A stretch of DNA of 64,000 nucleotides from Nitrospinota bacterium (lineage in GTDB: Bacteria > JADFOP01), in assembly GCA_022562795.1 (NCBI GenBank), contig JADFOP010000006.1, positions 1-64,000 on the forward strand, in the 5' to 3' direction. The notes under the pieces are model-generated. The model was not told the DNA's origin and did no database searches. It was given only the letters and a program-made list of their open reading frames with translations. A program made the position numbers and the translations under genes. The first letter of the stretch is position 1. Each line of letters starts with the position of its first letter. This document shows, in pieces, positions 1 to 8,858 of the stretch.

Positions 1-247
1 CGTTGCCGTCGGTATCCTCCTCCTGGCGGACCAATTGGCCTTGCTCGTATATGAACCAGACATCCGTCCGGCCGTCCCGGTCCTTATCCATCTCTTGGCG
101 GACGACCTTGCCCGCCTTGTAGAAGAACTTGACGTTAGGGCGCGAGGCTTGGGCCTCTACCTGACCGCACAGGAGTAAGAAGGTAAGCGGCAAGGCCAGA
201 AATGGGATGGCTCGTTTGAGGAGGAAGCCCTCGCCGACTCGTCTCAT
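1..247 (-). CDS. Secreted protein with DxDxDG (Ca-binding-loop-like) repeats; partial, runs off the left edge
   Basis: Not in the ORF track. Manual translation from ATG 247 (GAGG SD upstream): MRRVGEGFLLKRAIPFLALPLTFLLLCGQVEAQASRPNVKFFYKAGKVVRQEMDKDRDGRTDVWFIYEQGQLVRQEEDTDGN... Signal peptide followed by repeats of Y-x-x-G-x-x-V-R-Q-E-x-D-x-D. Confidence 0.75.
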   Translation of the reverse strand, partial: MRRVGEGFLLKRAIPFLALPLTFLLLCGQVEAQASRPNVKFFYKAGKVVRQEMDKDRDGRTDVWFIYEQGQLVRQEEDTDGN

Positions 248-274
248 AGTCGCCTCGTATCCGTGTGTGCCGCC

Positions 275-2155
275 TCAGTTATACCTGAATCCGCCCACGA
301 TGATTAGCCGATTGGTATTAAATTCGCGTGGCAAGGGAAGAAATGGAGAAGCTCGGCGCATCGCTTCCGTTGCCCCTCTATTTAGGACAATATGCCGTGA
401 CGGCGTAATGATGTTCACCCGGGAAACCGACCCGTCCCGTTCAATGGAGAACTGGATGCTCACCTTGCCCCCCAAGCCGGGCTCGGCATCGTCGGGGTAG
501 CGCCAGACCTCCAGAATGCGACGCCTCACCGAATCTAGATACTCCTTGAAGCGAGGGTCTTCGCTGTTCAAGGGAACGGTGATCTCCTCTTGGAATTCGG
601 TCGGCGCAGACCCGATTGGGCCAAGCTCAGCGACCTCCTCGAATGAGATCGGTTGGGTCGGAGAGACGGGACCCACCTCTCTGCCCAGGCGGGCTTCCAC
701 ATCTTGGGCCGTACGCCGATCATCCACCGGACGCGAGCTGGCGCCGAGCGCCCGACTTGAGGCCACTCCCTTCGGCGCCAACGGGCTGGCCGACTCCGGT
801 GCCGCCTCGGAGACCACCGAAGCAACTCGGCCGAGCACCTGTGGGGAGGGGGCTTGGTTAGGCGGCAGGGGGGGAGCCGCCGTGGGCGTCGACAGGCGGT
901 CGCTCACTTGAAACTCCTCGGGAAATGCCTCCGATAAGCTTGCGACACGCCCTTCCGTATCTGGAAGGGTCAGCACTTTGCTCTCCAGCGTACTGGGCCG
1001 GGTCGCCTTTGGGGTTTGCCGCCGGACGGTCTCGACTACAGTTGTAACCTCAGGGATCGTCTCGGGCAGTATCACCGGCTTTGTAGGCGCGGTGACCCTC
1101 GCCACCGTCTCTTTCGGGAGACGGGAGGGAGCGGCCCTGGGACGAGCTGCTTCAAGCCTGGAAGGGGCCAGCTTGGGAATTTTCGGAGCAGTAGGGGCCC
1201 TGAGGACAGCACGAGTAGCCTTGGCGACTAGCACCTTCTTGGGAGTGACGTATCTCTTGGTTGGGGTTGGCTTCGCAACGGGCCTGGGGGCCGGCCTGGG
1301 CCCTCGGGCCTTAACGACTTTGGTCTTCCGCTTGGTGGTCTTCTGAGTATCGACCTTCTTTTTCGTTTTGTCAATTTTCTTGGCCGGGGGCGGGGTGTCC
1401 ATAATACGAACATAGACAGGGGGTTTCCTCTCGGCCCTTTGGAGCATGGAATAATGGATAAGCGGCAGAAAGATGAGCAGGTGGACGATCGTGGATATGA
1501 ACACGTAGCCTCGGACCTCCGGGCGGCGGGCGAGGAGGTCTTGCTCTGTGAAAATTAAATGATCGGGCTCATAATCGGGAATGGAGGGTTTCTTCAGACG
1601 CTTGACTTGCGACTGGATGAGAGCCGTTACGCTCCCCCAGGCCCTTCCCCCCAGTTCTTGGATAACCCCAATTACCGTTGGGGCTTTTCGGAGCTTGAAG
1701 TCAGTAATCCCGCCTTTACTGGGATGAATCTTCGAAGGTTCCCTTGCGGCTGATGCTGCAGGACGGGGGAGTGGCTCGGCCTCCGATGGGGGTTGAGAAG
1801 TTTGTGGGGGCCTCTCTGCGGTGATAGGGGGAGCTGGGGTTTCCTGTGCTGGTTCAGGTTGTAGTTCTACTTTTGGTTCCGGTTCTGCCTCTACCCGCCC
1901 CTGCGGTTTCCTATCGAGAATGGGGTGTTTCTTGGGGCGCTTTAATCGCGGTTTGCTGAAGCCTGCTATGCCTTCCCAAGCCTTTCGCCCCAACTCCTGC
2001 AAGGCCCCAATTAGCGTTGGGAGTTTCCGGGGCTGGAGGTCGGCCACCTCCCTTTTGCTGGGACTCTCCGGGGAGAGTCTGGGAGGGAATGCCCTCGACC
2101 CTTCCCCCCGTGGAGCCGGCTCTTTTTCTCTGTTTGAATGAATGTTTTCAGCCAT
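275..2155 (-). CDS. TonB/TolA-family energy transducer with long N-terminal extension
   Basis: One TM helix (YVFISTIVHLLIFLPLI) with the S-x3-H motif, long Pro/Lys-rich linker, and a TonB_C-like end (YLDSVRRRILEVWRYP...VSIQFSIERDGSV...ASPFLPLP). Confidence 0.8.
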   Translation of the reverse strand: MAENIHSNREKEPAPRGEGSRAFPPRLSPESPSKREVADLQPRKLPTLIGALQELGRKAWEGIAGFSKPRLKRPKKHPILDRKPQGRVEAEPEPKVELQPEPAQETPAPPITAERPPQTSQPPSEAEPLPRPAASAAREPSKIHPSKGGITDFKLRKAPTVIGVIQELGGRAWGSVTALIQSQVKRLKKPSIPDYEPDHLIFTEQDLLARRPEVRGYVFISTIVHLLIFLPLIHYSMLQRAERKPPVYVRIMDTPPPAKKIDKTKKKVDTQKTTKRKTKVVKARGPRPAPRPVAKPTPTKRYVTPKKVLVAKATRAVLRAPTAPKIPKLAPSRLEAARPRAAPSRLPKETVARVTAPTKPVILPETIPEVTTVVETVRRQTPKATRPSTLESKVLTLPDTEGRVASLSEAFPEEFQVSDRLSTPTAAPPLPPNQAPSPQVLGRVASVVSEAAPESASPLAPKGVASSRALGASSRPVDDRRTAQDVEARLGREVGPVSPTQPISFEEVAELGPIGSAPTEFQEEITVPLNSEDPRFKEYLDSVRRRILEVWRYPDDAEPGLGGKVSIQFSIERDGSVSRVNIITPSRHIVLNRGATEAMRRASPFLPLPREFNTNRLIIVGGFRYN

Positions 2156-2287
2156 TGCCCTTAAAGATGGGAAGATGCCTAACCTGTTTCGGATTCCCGG
2201 AGGTAAGACCCGCGACTAAGACATCTATCGCAAATTCCATCTACGTCCACCCTCAATCCCAGATCCATGCAGCAGCAGTCTAACGAC

Positions 2288-2767
2288 TTATTTCGTACGA
2301 AGTTGATAGTGTCCCTCAATGACCTTATCGCCTTCCCGATGGTGGGGAGTCCAGATGTACTCGCGAATGATGCCCCGGCTATTGGTGGCCCCTTTGGCCT
2401 TGGGCGTTACCTGGTTATTGGGTCCCTTAGCCGCCTTAGCACTACTAGTTTTCTTAGACCCCAAAGCATTGCCCTTTTCGACCTCGATCCCCTCGGCCCT
2501 AACCCGCTCTCTAAGTACATTGAACTTCAGCTCGAGAATATCCCGTTTTCGCTTTTCCTCACGAATAGCCCGCTTGAGCGTGGATGTTTCATCGGCTGGG
2601 TCCTCGGTCCCTGAAGGCTGATTTGGGCTGTCCGGTCTCACAACGACGGTCTCTTGAGAGCGAGGCTCCCTCTCTACAAATGACGCATCAGCGGCGAGGG
2701 CTTGAGCAAAACCTCCGGCAATCCAACATACCATGACAACGCCTAAGGTGAATGTTCGGCCCAGCAC
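2288..2767 (-). CDS. Hypothetical secreted protein with coiled coil and a C-terminal YxWxxxH...GHY motif
   Basis: Signal peptide ending AQALA, central coiled coil, C-terminal EYIWTPHHREGDKVIEGHY. GAGG SD upstream. Confidence 0.6.
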   Translation of the reverse strand: MLGRTFTLGVVMVCWIAGGFAQALAADASFVEREPRSQETVVVRPDSPNQPSGTEDPADETSTLKRAIREEKRKRDILELKFNVLRERVRAEGIEVEKGNALGSKKTSSAKAAKGPNNQVTPKAKGATNSRGIIREYIWTPHHREGDKVIEGHYQLRTK

Positions 2768-2794
2768 CTCAATGGGCCTCCTGGCCTTTCCCTA

Positions 2795-3544
2795 TCACCA
2801 CCTCGTTAAACCAAGCTGCCGTTCCAGCTCAGCCCGCTCCTCCTCCAGATCCTTGATTTCCCTCTCTAACAACCCTTGGAGGTTGACATTTTCGATGCGC
2901 CTCGCGAGGTCAAATTCCTCTTTTTTGTCCCTTATCTCCCGCTCCACCACCTTTAGGCGTTCTTGCTTCTCGAATGTGGAAAGGGCTGCGATCCGTGTGC
3001 TGAGCTCTGGCGATGTAAGGGATGGGTAGGCGGCAGTGCCCTGGCGTTGGGCTCTCAAGCTGGCTAGCTCCTGCTCGAGCCTCCTCTGCTGCTCCCGTTG
3101 CCGTGCGAGCTCCTCCTCCAACCTGCGTTGGCGCTGTCGCTCACGTTCCATTTGGAGCTGCTGCTCCCTACTCACCTGCGGAGCCCTTAAGGTGGGGCTT
3201 GACGTGCCTCCATAGGTGCCGCTTCCATAGGTGCCGCCTCCATAGGTGCCGAGTTGCTGCTGCCGGTAGCGCTCCTGTTCGGAGAGCCTTCGCTGCTTGG
3301 CGGCCTCGGATTCTATGGCCTGGCCCAAAAGCGCACCGCTTAGGGCACCGATTCCAGTGCCGATAAGCGCCCCAGTCCCAGCATGGCCCGAAGCGCTCCC
3401 GATGAGTGCCCCCGCGCCAGCTCCGAGGGCGGCGCCTCCCAACGTCGTCTTTTCAGTCGTGGTGAACTCTCGCCCCGCGCATCCTGTCGCAAGCAGCAAT
3501 GCGCCGATGGCCAATAACACAATTACTCGATTCTTCTCTTTCAT
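2795..3544 (-). CDS. Glycine-zipper lipoprotein with coiled-coil C-terminus
   Basis: Lipobox LATG-C22; GxxxG zipper (GGAALGAGAGALIGSASGHAGTGALIGTGIGALSGALLG); Q/E/R-rich coiled coil; GGAGG SD. Confidence 0.8.
   Translation of the reverse strand: MKEKNRVIVLLAIGALLLATGCAGREFTTTEKTTLGGAALGAGAGALIGSASGHAGTGALIGTGIGALSGALLGQAIESEAAKQRRLSEQERYRQQQLGTYGGGTYGSGTYGGTSSPTLRAPQVSREQQLQMERERQRQRRLEEELARQREQQRRLEQELASLRAQRQGTAAYPSLTSPELSTRIAALSTFEKQERLKVVEREIRDKKEEFDLARRIENVNLQGLLEREIKDLEEERAELERQLGLTRW
3206..3250. repeat. 3 x 15-bp tandem repeat encoding GTYGG/GTYGS/GTYGG
   Basis: gcctccataggtgcc-gcttccataggtgcc-gcctccataggtgcc read directly from the sequence. Confidence 0.9.
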
Positions 3545-3620
3545 GGTTCAAGTCCTCCCGGCGTGTGCTTGTTGGGGAGCGCTTTCATAATCAATGTGGC
3601 CCTGCGCCCGCCTTTTAGTT

Positions 3621-3649
3621 ATCCTATGGCCTTGTCGAGATTATGTCAA
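3621..3649 (-). promoter_or_regulatory. Putative sigma70 promoter for the glycine-zipper/TonB cluster
   Basis: Minus strand TTGACA-17 nt-TAGGAT. Confidence 0.55.
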
Positions 3650-3941
3650 GATTATTCAAGCCCGCCTCCTTTTTAAAACAGACAATATATCAATAAGTTA
3701 TCATATCTATCCCGGGTGCAGTAATTGGGGGTTCACCCATTCTGCACACCTATTAGACGCAGAGGCTATCCAGTAGGTTGCACCTGTACGGCGAAGATGG
3801 GCAATGATAGGCTTTAATTGCCACGTGCCGAATTGCTCTACATAGGATTAATGCCCCTTCCCAGGATGACGCCGTTCTTGTTCTCGGTAAACCAGACTAT
3901 TCCATTTTAAATTGTCGAGTTCTTGGCTATCAACTTTTCCA

Positions 3942-3970
3942 TTGACATTATCTCCAGGGGCCGGTATAAA
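3942..3970 (+). promoter_or_regulatory. Putative sigma70 promoter for the AsmA-like gene
   Basis: TTGACA-17 nt-TATAAA, about 120 nt upstream of ATG 4092. Confidence 0.65.
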
Positions 3971-4091
3971 GATGTGGGGGTAATACTTTAGAGAATAATT
4001 CTTCGCGCCTGCACCTCTGATCTGGGGATCCGCGGGGTTAAGCTGCACCGACCTTTCAACATCGAGAGTTCGACACGAAACGTGGGAGTTT

Positions 4092-7000
4092 ATGCGGCTC
4101 TTTAAAAAAACCCTCATTCTGGCAGGCGCCTTCATCGCTATCCTTGTCGTCGTGGTAGCAGCGACGGCGTTTTTGGTTTCAGATATTGACCGCTACAAGC
4201 CGGCCATAGAGGCGCGCCTATCGGAAGCCACCGGGATGGAGGTAACCATCGCCCACATCCGCTTCGGTATCCTCCGAGGCGTTGCCTTTGAAGGCCACGA
4301 CGTCATAATCAAGAACCCCCAGCATCCGAAATCCTACCTTACAATAAAAAAGCTGAGTTTAGCCCTAAAGACCATGCCTTTACTAAGCAAACAGGTTATC
4401 GTAAAACGCCTCCGATTGGATAGGCCTGTCCTGCATGTGTCCACTGGCCCGGACCCCCAGGAGGTAGAGATCAAATCGTTGTTCACGAAGATTCTTGGAC
4501 TAGCTTCTCAGGCGGCTGAGCATGGGTTTTACTTCGAAGCTCGATCGGCGACGATTAAAGGTGGAGAGGTTCTCTTCTACGACGCTGAGGGTCAAGAAAC
4601 CGTCCTGGCCCACTTTAGGGACCTGGCAGTTAAGCTCTCAGGCCTCAAGACAATGGCTCCCACCCGGTACGCCCTATCCGGCCGACTCCTCTATAAGGAC
4701 AACTCAATGTCCTTCAACCTAAACGGGGTGACCAACGACTTGCCAGTCCGGTTTGACCCTGCCCTTGTATCAGTTGAAGGGACGGGTAGTATTCAGAATG
4801 TTCCAGGCCGATTGGTCAAAAGCTACTTGATGCCCCACGGGCCGGTGCAGGCCTTGGAGGGAACGTTCGACATCAGTACTACTTATCGAGGTAACCTGGG
4901 AGGCGGCATTGACGCAGAGGGCTACTGTCATTTTACCTCGCTCTACATCGATTATCCAAAGCTGTTCAAGGCCCCTCTTAAAGCCGACCAGGGGATTATC
5001 AACTACGCCCTAACCTTTAAGGATGATGACCTGAATGTCCATCGCTTCGAGATTGACTCTGAAGATGTAGCATTCAGGGGTTCTTTTTCCATTAACGATA
5101 TCACCTCCGGCAACGCCAAGTTCGCTGGCGAACTTTCCACCACTGCTATGTTGGCCAAGGACATCGTCCAGCTCCTTCCTTCCGGCTCCTCCCCAGAGGT
5201 AAAGGAGCTGGTCAAAGCCATGAATCCATCTGGCCAGATGGAAGTAAAACGCCTGGAGGTCAGTGGCCCCTTCCAAACCCTTCAAAGCGACAAGGAAATC
5301 GGTCCTATTGTGACTGCATCGGCCGACTTCGTGCTGAGGAATCTCGGCCTGACCTTCGGCCCCGACATGCCTCCCTTCAAAGACTGGATGGGGGAGATCA
5401 GTTACAACGGCCGAAAGGTCACCTTCCATGGGGTGGGGGGCCGTGTCGGTGAAGGGAGCCAGGTCGAGTCCCTGAACGGCACTATCCTAGATATAGCCAC
5501 GGAAAATCCCGTAGCCGACCTGACGATTGTAACCCGTCTTAAGGCGGGCGATTTTCGTAATCACATCCAAAGGTGGTTGAACAAAGAGTCCCCAATATTG
5601 TCAGAAGGGATCATCGTGGAAGGAGTCATGCACACCGACCTCTCCGTGGTCGGCCCCCTCAAGAGCCCGTCCAATCTGAACATCTCAGGAACTATCACCC
5701 TTGAGCGCATCTCAATCACCAATCCCTCTTCTGGGCTTAGCTTGCAGAATATTTCGGGAGTTCTAAGGGTAAAGCCAGACCGTATCGAGGTTGAAAATTT
5801 TACCATTTTTTACGGAGACCGCCCGATTCGCATCACTGGCAGTGTTCACAGCTATATGGAAGATGTTGTCAAGTTCAACGATATGACCGTTGACCTGGGT
5901 GAGGGGCTCCCGACTATAGAGAGCTTGCATGGTAGTCTCGACAAGCTCCAGCATTCGGTGGTTTTTGAGACCGACAAGCCCATAGCGTACCGCGATGGGC
6001 TCATGGAGGCCGTCCATGCCCGGATTTCCGACCTTAACACGGCCCCCCGTTTCGATCTCTACTTTAGGGGCGAGCTTCCCGCAAGCCAGGTATTTCAGCT
6101 GGCCACCTTGCTTTCCGTCTCCGATGAGCAGCGAAATCCCCTTCTTGAATCGCTTAGCGAAGCCTCGGGGAGAGTCGACCTGGCCCTCAACGCCTCTGGC
6201 CATCTGAGAAGCCTGCAGACCGAAACGACCTGGGCGGCACAGCTTTCCTTCGAGCAGATGACTTTCCCCCAGACACATCCTCTGGGCCGTATACGTTCCC
6301 TTTCGGGCATGCTCAATTTGACCCCCGACCTCCTTTCCATCATTACACTATCCGCCGCCATCGGGAAATCAGAAGTAACCCTCCACGGCTCAATCCAAGA
6401 CTACCTGGCCGACGAGCCCCTCGTCTCCTCCCTTACCGTGGAGTCATCGGGCCTCGAAATGGCCGATGCCCTAAGCCTTTTTGACTATCCCAAGGAGGAT
6501 TACGATGCAAGGGGCATCTTGACCGGTCACATCACTGCCTCGGGCCCTCTGCTCACTAGGCCCGATGCCACACGCTTTGACGGTTTGGTCAACCTCGCCA
6601 AGGGCTACCTCAACTTCGATCAAGTCCCTCCCCTTGAAGCCCTATCAGCTAAAATGAAATTTAAACAGGGCGAGGTGGTGCTCGAAGAGGCACGTTTCTT
6701 ATTCTTGGGCTCCCCGACCTCAGTCTCAGCCAACTTCAAGGGGTTTCGCAATCCCGTTATAACGGCACGCGCTCGCTTCGAGCATCTCGATTTAGACCGT
6801 TTGGCCCCGCCGCCGCTCGAGGGACAAAGCCCATGGCTACGGCTTTTCGACCGTGCCTTGGTCTTAAGCGAGCGCTCCCTCGATAATGACTTTTTACGCC
6901 GTTCCGCATTGAACCTCGAACTGGTGGTTGAGCGGGGCACCTTCCAGTCATCTACCTTCGGACCCCTAGCGAGCAAGGCGGTGCTCAAGAATCAAAGACT

Positions 7001-7790
7001 GACGGTGGAGCAGGTTGAAATCAACACAGCCCTTGGATTTATGAAAGGCGAGGGGTATTTGAATTTTTCCGGAACCGAGCCGACGATATTCGGCCTGAGA
7101 GGCGCGCTTCTTGATGCCGATGCGAAACGGATCGCTGAGACCTGGGGGCCTGACTGGGACGTGGTCACAGGGACTCTCAATGCAAGCACCAGCGTGCAGT
7201 GCTACGAGGAAGGATTAGACAGGGGCCTGTTGGGGTGCGTCCATGGCCATCTCTTGGTCCGACTGAATGACGGATACGTCCGAAAGACGGGTGTCATCGA
7301 GCCGTTGGCCGAGAAGCTCCAGTTTTCTAAGAGCTTCAAGCGGACCAGACGAGATACGGTGCCGGTCTTGCGCTATAAAACCATATTAGGAGACTTCGTC
7401 CTAAACGAGGGGCTACTTACCACCAACAATTTCGCCATTAATGGCTCAAAGATTAAGATTGCGACCGACGGCCAAGTCAACCTGTTCCACGACACTATGG
7501 ACCTCAAGGTGAGCGTATTGACCTACAACGCTATAAACCAAATCGTCCACAATATTCCAATCCTTAATCTCTTCGCAGAGGACAATAAAAGCCTCGTTGC
7601 GAGCTACTATGAGGTATCGGGCGGTGTTGGAGAGCCCCAGGTAATCTCCATTCCCAACAAGTCGATGGAAATGACACTCATCCGAACTTTCCATAAAATC
7701 TTCAAAGTGCCCCAGCGCATTATCATGGCGCCGATCGACCTTTTTAATCATCTCCCACCTCTAGGGAAGTCTTCCACCCGTTCTGATTAA
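4092..7790 (+). CDS. AsmA/YhdP-like large periplasmic protein (putative lipid-transport bridge)
   Basis: N-terminal TM anchor followed by DIDRYKPAIEARLSEATG (AsmA N-terminus-like); beta-rich body; AsmA_2-like C-terminus (YKTILGDFVLNEGLLTTNNFAING...YYEVSGGVGEPQV). Confidence 0.8.
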   Translation: MRLFKKTLILAGAFIAILVVVVAATAFLVSDIDRYKPAIEARLSEATGMEVTIAHIRFGILRGVAFEGHDVIIKNPQHPKSYLTIKKLSLALKTMPLLSKQVIVKRLRLDRPVLHVSTGPDPQEVEIKSLFTKILGLASQAAEHGFYFEARSATIKGGEVLFYDAEGQETVLAHFRDLAVKLSGLKTMAPTRYALSGRLLYKDNSMSFNLNGVTNDLPVRFDPALVSVEGTGSIQNVPGRLVKSYLMPHGPVQALEGTFDISTTYRGNLGGGIDAEGYCHFTSLYIDYPKLFKAPLKADQGIINYALTFKDDDLNVHRFEIDSEDVAFRGSFSINDITSGNAKFAGELSTTAMLAKDIVQLLPSGSSPEVKELVKAMNPSGQMEVKRLEVSGPFQTLQSDKEIGPIVTASADFVLRNLGLTFGPDMPPFKDWMGEISYNGRKVTFHGVGGRVGEGSQVESLNGTILDIATENPVADLTIVTRLKAGDFRNHIQRWLNKESPILSEGIIVEGVMHTDLSVVGPLKSPSNLNISGTITLERISITNPSSGLSLQNISGVLRVKPDRIEVENFTIFYGDRPIRITGSVHSYMEDVVKFNDMTVDLGEGLPTIESLHGSLDKLQHSVVFETDKPIAYRDGLMEAVHARISDLNTAPRFDLYFRGELPASQVFQLATLLSVSDEQRNPLLESLSEASGRVDLALNASGHLRSLQTETTWAAQLSFEQMTFPQTHPLGRIRSLSGMLNLTPDLLSIITLSAAIGKSEVTLHGSIQDYLADEPLVSSLTVESSGLEMADALSLFDYPKEDYDARGILTGHITASGPLLTRPDATRFDGLVNLAKGYLNFDQVPPLEALSAKMKFKQGEVVLEEARFLFLGSPTSVSANFKGFRNPVITARARFEHLDLDRLAPPPLEGQSPWLRLFDRALVLSERSLDNDFLRRSALNLELVVERGTFQSSTFGPLASKAVLKNQRLTVEQVEINTALGFMKGEGYLNFSGTEPTIFGLRGALLDADAKRIAETWGPDWDVVTGTLNASTSVQCYEEGLDRGLLGCVHGHLLVRLNDGYVRKTGVIEPLAEKLQFSKSFKRTRRDTVPVLRYKTILGDFVLNEGLLTTNNFAINGSKIKIATDGQVNLFHDTMDLKVSVLTYNAINQIVHNIPILNLFAEDNKSLVASYYEVSGGVGEPQVISIPNKSMEMTLIRTFHKIFKVPQRIIMAPIDLFNHLPPLGKSSTRSD

Positions 7791-7928
7791 TCTTAAAGAG
7801 CCTCACCCGGTGTAACCTCATAATAATCTGTTGTATACATCCCAATAATTAATGCATTACTTTATGTTATGTTTGCTGGGGCCAGGGCTACAGTACCCTC
7901 GGTAACCTCTGTCTAACCAAGTATCAAC

Positions 7929-8723
7929 TCATGCTCCGGTGAACTTGGGTTTACGTTTCTCGAGGAAGGCGCCAATCCCTTCGTGGATGTCATTGGTGGC
8001 CGCCGTCTGGGCGAATAGGCTGGCCTCAAGATTGAGCCCTTCGTCCACCGTCATGTTGAGCCCCCTGGTTACGCCCTCAAGGCTGGTGCGGACTGCCACG
8101 GGGGGCTTCTCGGCTATCGTCGCGGCGAGCTTTCTCGCTTCTTCCAGGAGGGAGTCGGGCGGGACGACGGCGTTTACGAGACCGATTTCCAAGGCCTCCT
8201 GGGCGGAAATCATCTCCCCGGTGAGAATCATCTTCAAGGCCCTTTTACGACCCACGAGACGCGCCAGGCGCTGGGTGCCGCCGAAACAGGGCGGGAAGCC
8301 GAGGTTGACCTCTGGCTGGCCGAAGCGGGCCGTCTCGCTTGCGATCGCCAGGGGCACGGCTTCGGTCATCTCGCAGCCCGCACCCAGGGCGTAGCCGTTA
8401 ACTGCCGCTATGATGGGCTTAGGGAAGCGCTCCATCCTGCTCAGGAGGCCCTGCCCTCTTCGGACGAACTCTCTGAGCGCCGGCTCGACCCCGGCCTTGA
8501 CGCTCTCGTAAAACTCACCAATATCCCCCCCGGCGATAAAGGCTTTATCACCGGCTCCCGTTATGATGAGCACCCGGACCTCTGGGTCGGCCTCGATCCG
8601 ATCGAGAAGTGCTGTGAGCTCATCCATGGTGGCATACGTCATGGCGTTCATCTTTTCGGGCCGGTTGATGGTAATGAGTCCGACTCCATCGGCGGCCTCG
8701 TAGAGCAAGGTTTCGGTAGTCAT
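7929..8723 (-). CDS. Enoyl-CoA hydratase/isomerase (crotonase family)
   Basis: ITINRPEKMNA, AFIAGGDI, PIIAAVNGYALGAGCE, FGQPEVNLG. Confidence 0.92.
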   Translation of the reverse strand: MTTETLLYEAADGVGLITINRPEKMNAMTYATMDELTALLDRIEADPEVRVLIITGAGDKAFIAGGDIGEFYESVKAGVEPALREFVRRGQGLLSRMERFPKPIIAAVNGYALGAGCEMTEAVPLAIASETARFGQPEVNLGFPPCFGGTQRLARLVGRKRALKMILTGEMISAQEALEIGLVNAVVPPDSLLEEARKLAATIAEKPPVAVRTSLEGVTRGLNMTVDEGLNLEASLFAQTAATNDIHEGIGAFLEKRKPKFTGA

Positions 8724-8858
8724 AATGGCCTCCTCTTTCTCGTTAGAACACGATTAATTAGTTTAAGACTTCCAAGGTATCAAACATTTCATAGGAGCCC
8801 CAGGGGCCGGCCGGGTCCCTTTCGAAAGCGCATGTGTAATGGAGAATGGCTGCTCGGT

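Noticed and set aside
3848-4135. 95-aa minus-strand ORF in the divergent promoter region
   Set aside because: It overlaps the AsmA start and its promoter, has no recognisable motif, and is likely spurious.
7845-7872. dif-like site (TTATGTTATGT resembles a XerD arm) in an AT-rich convergent spacer
   Set aside because: No XerC arm ending in ATAA at the 6-bp spacing. The similar TTATGTCAAG at 3641 is explained as a minus-strand -35 box.
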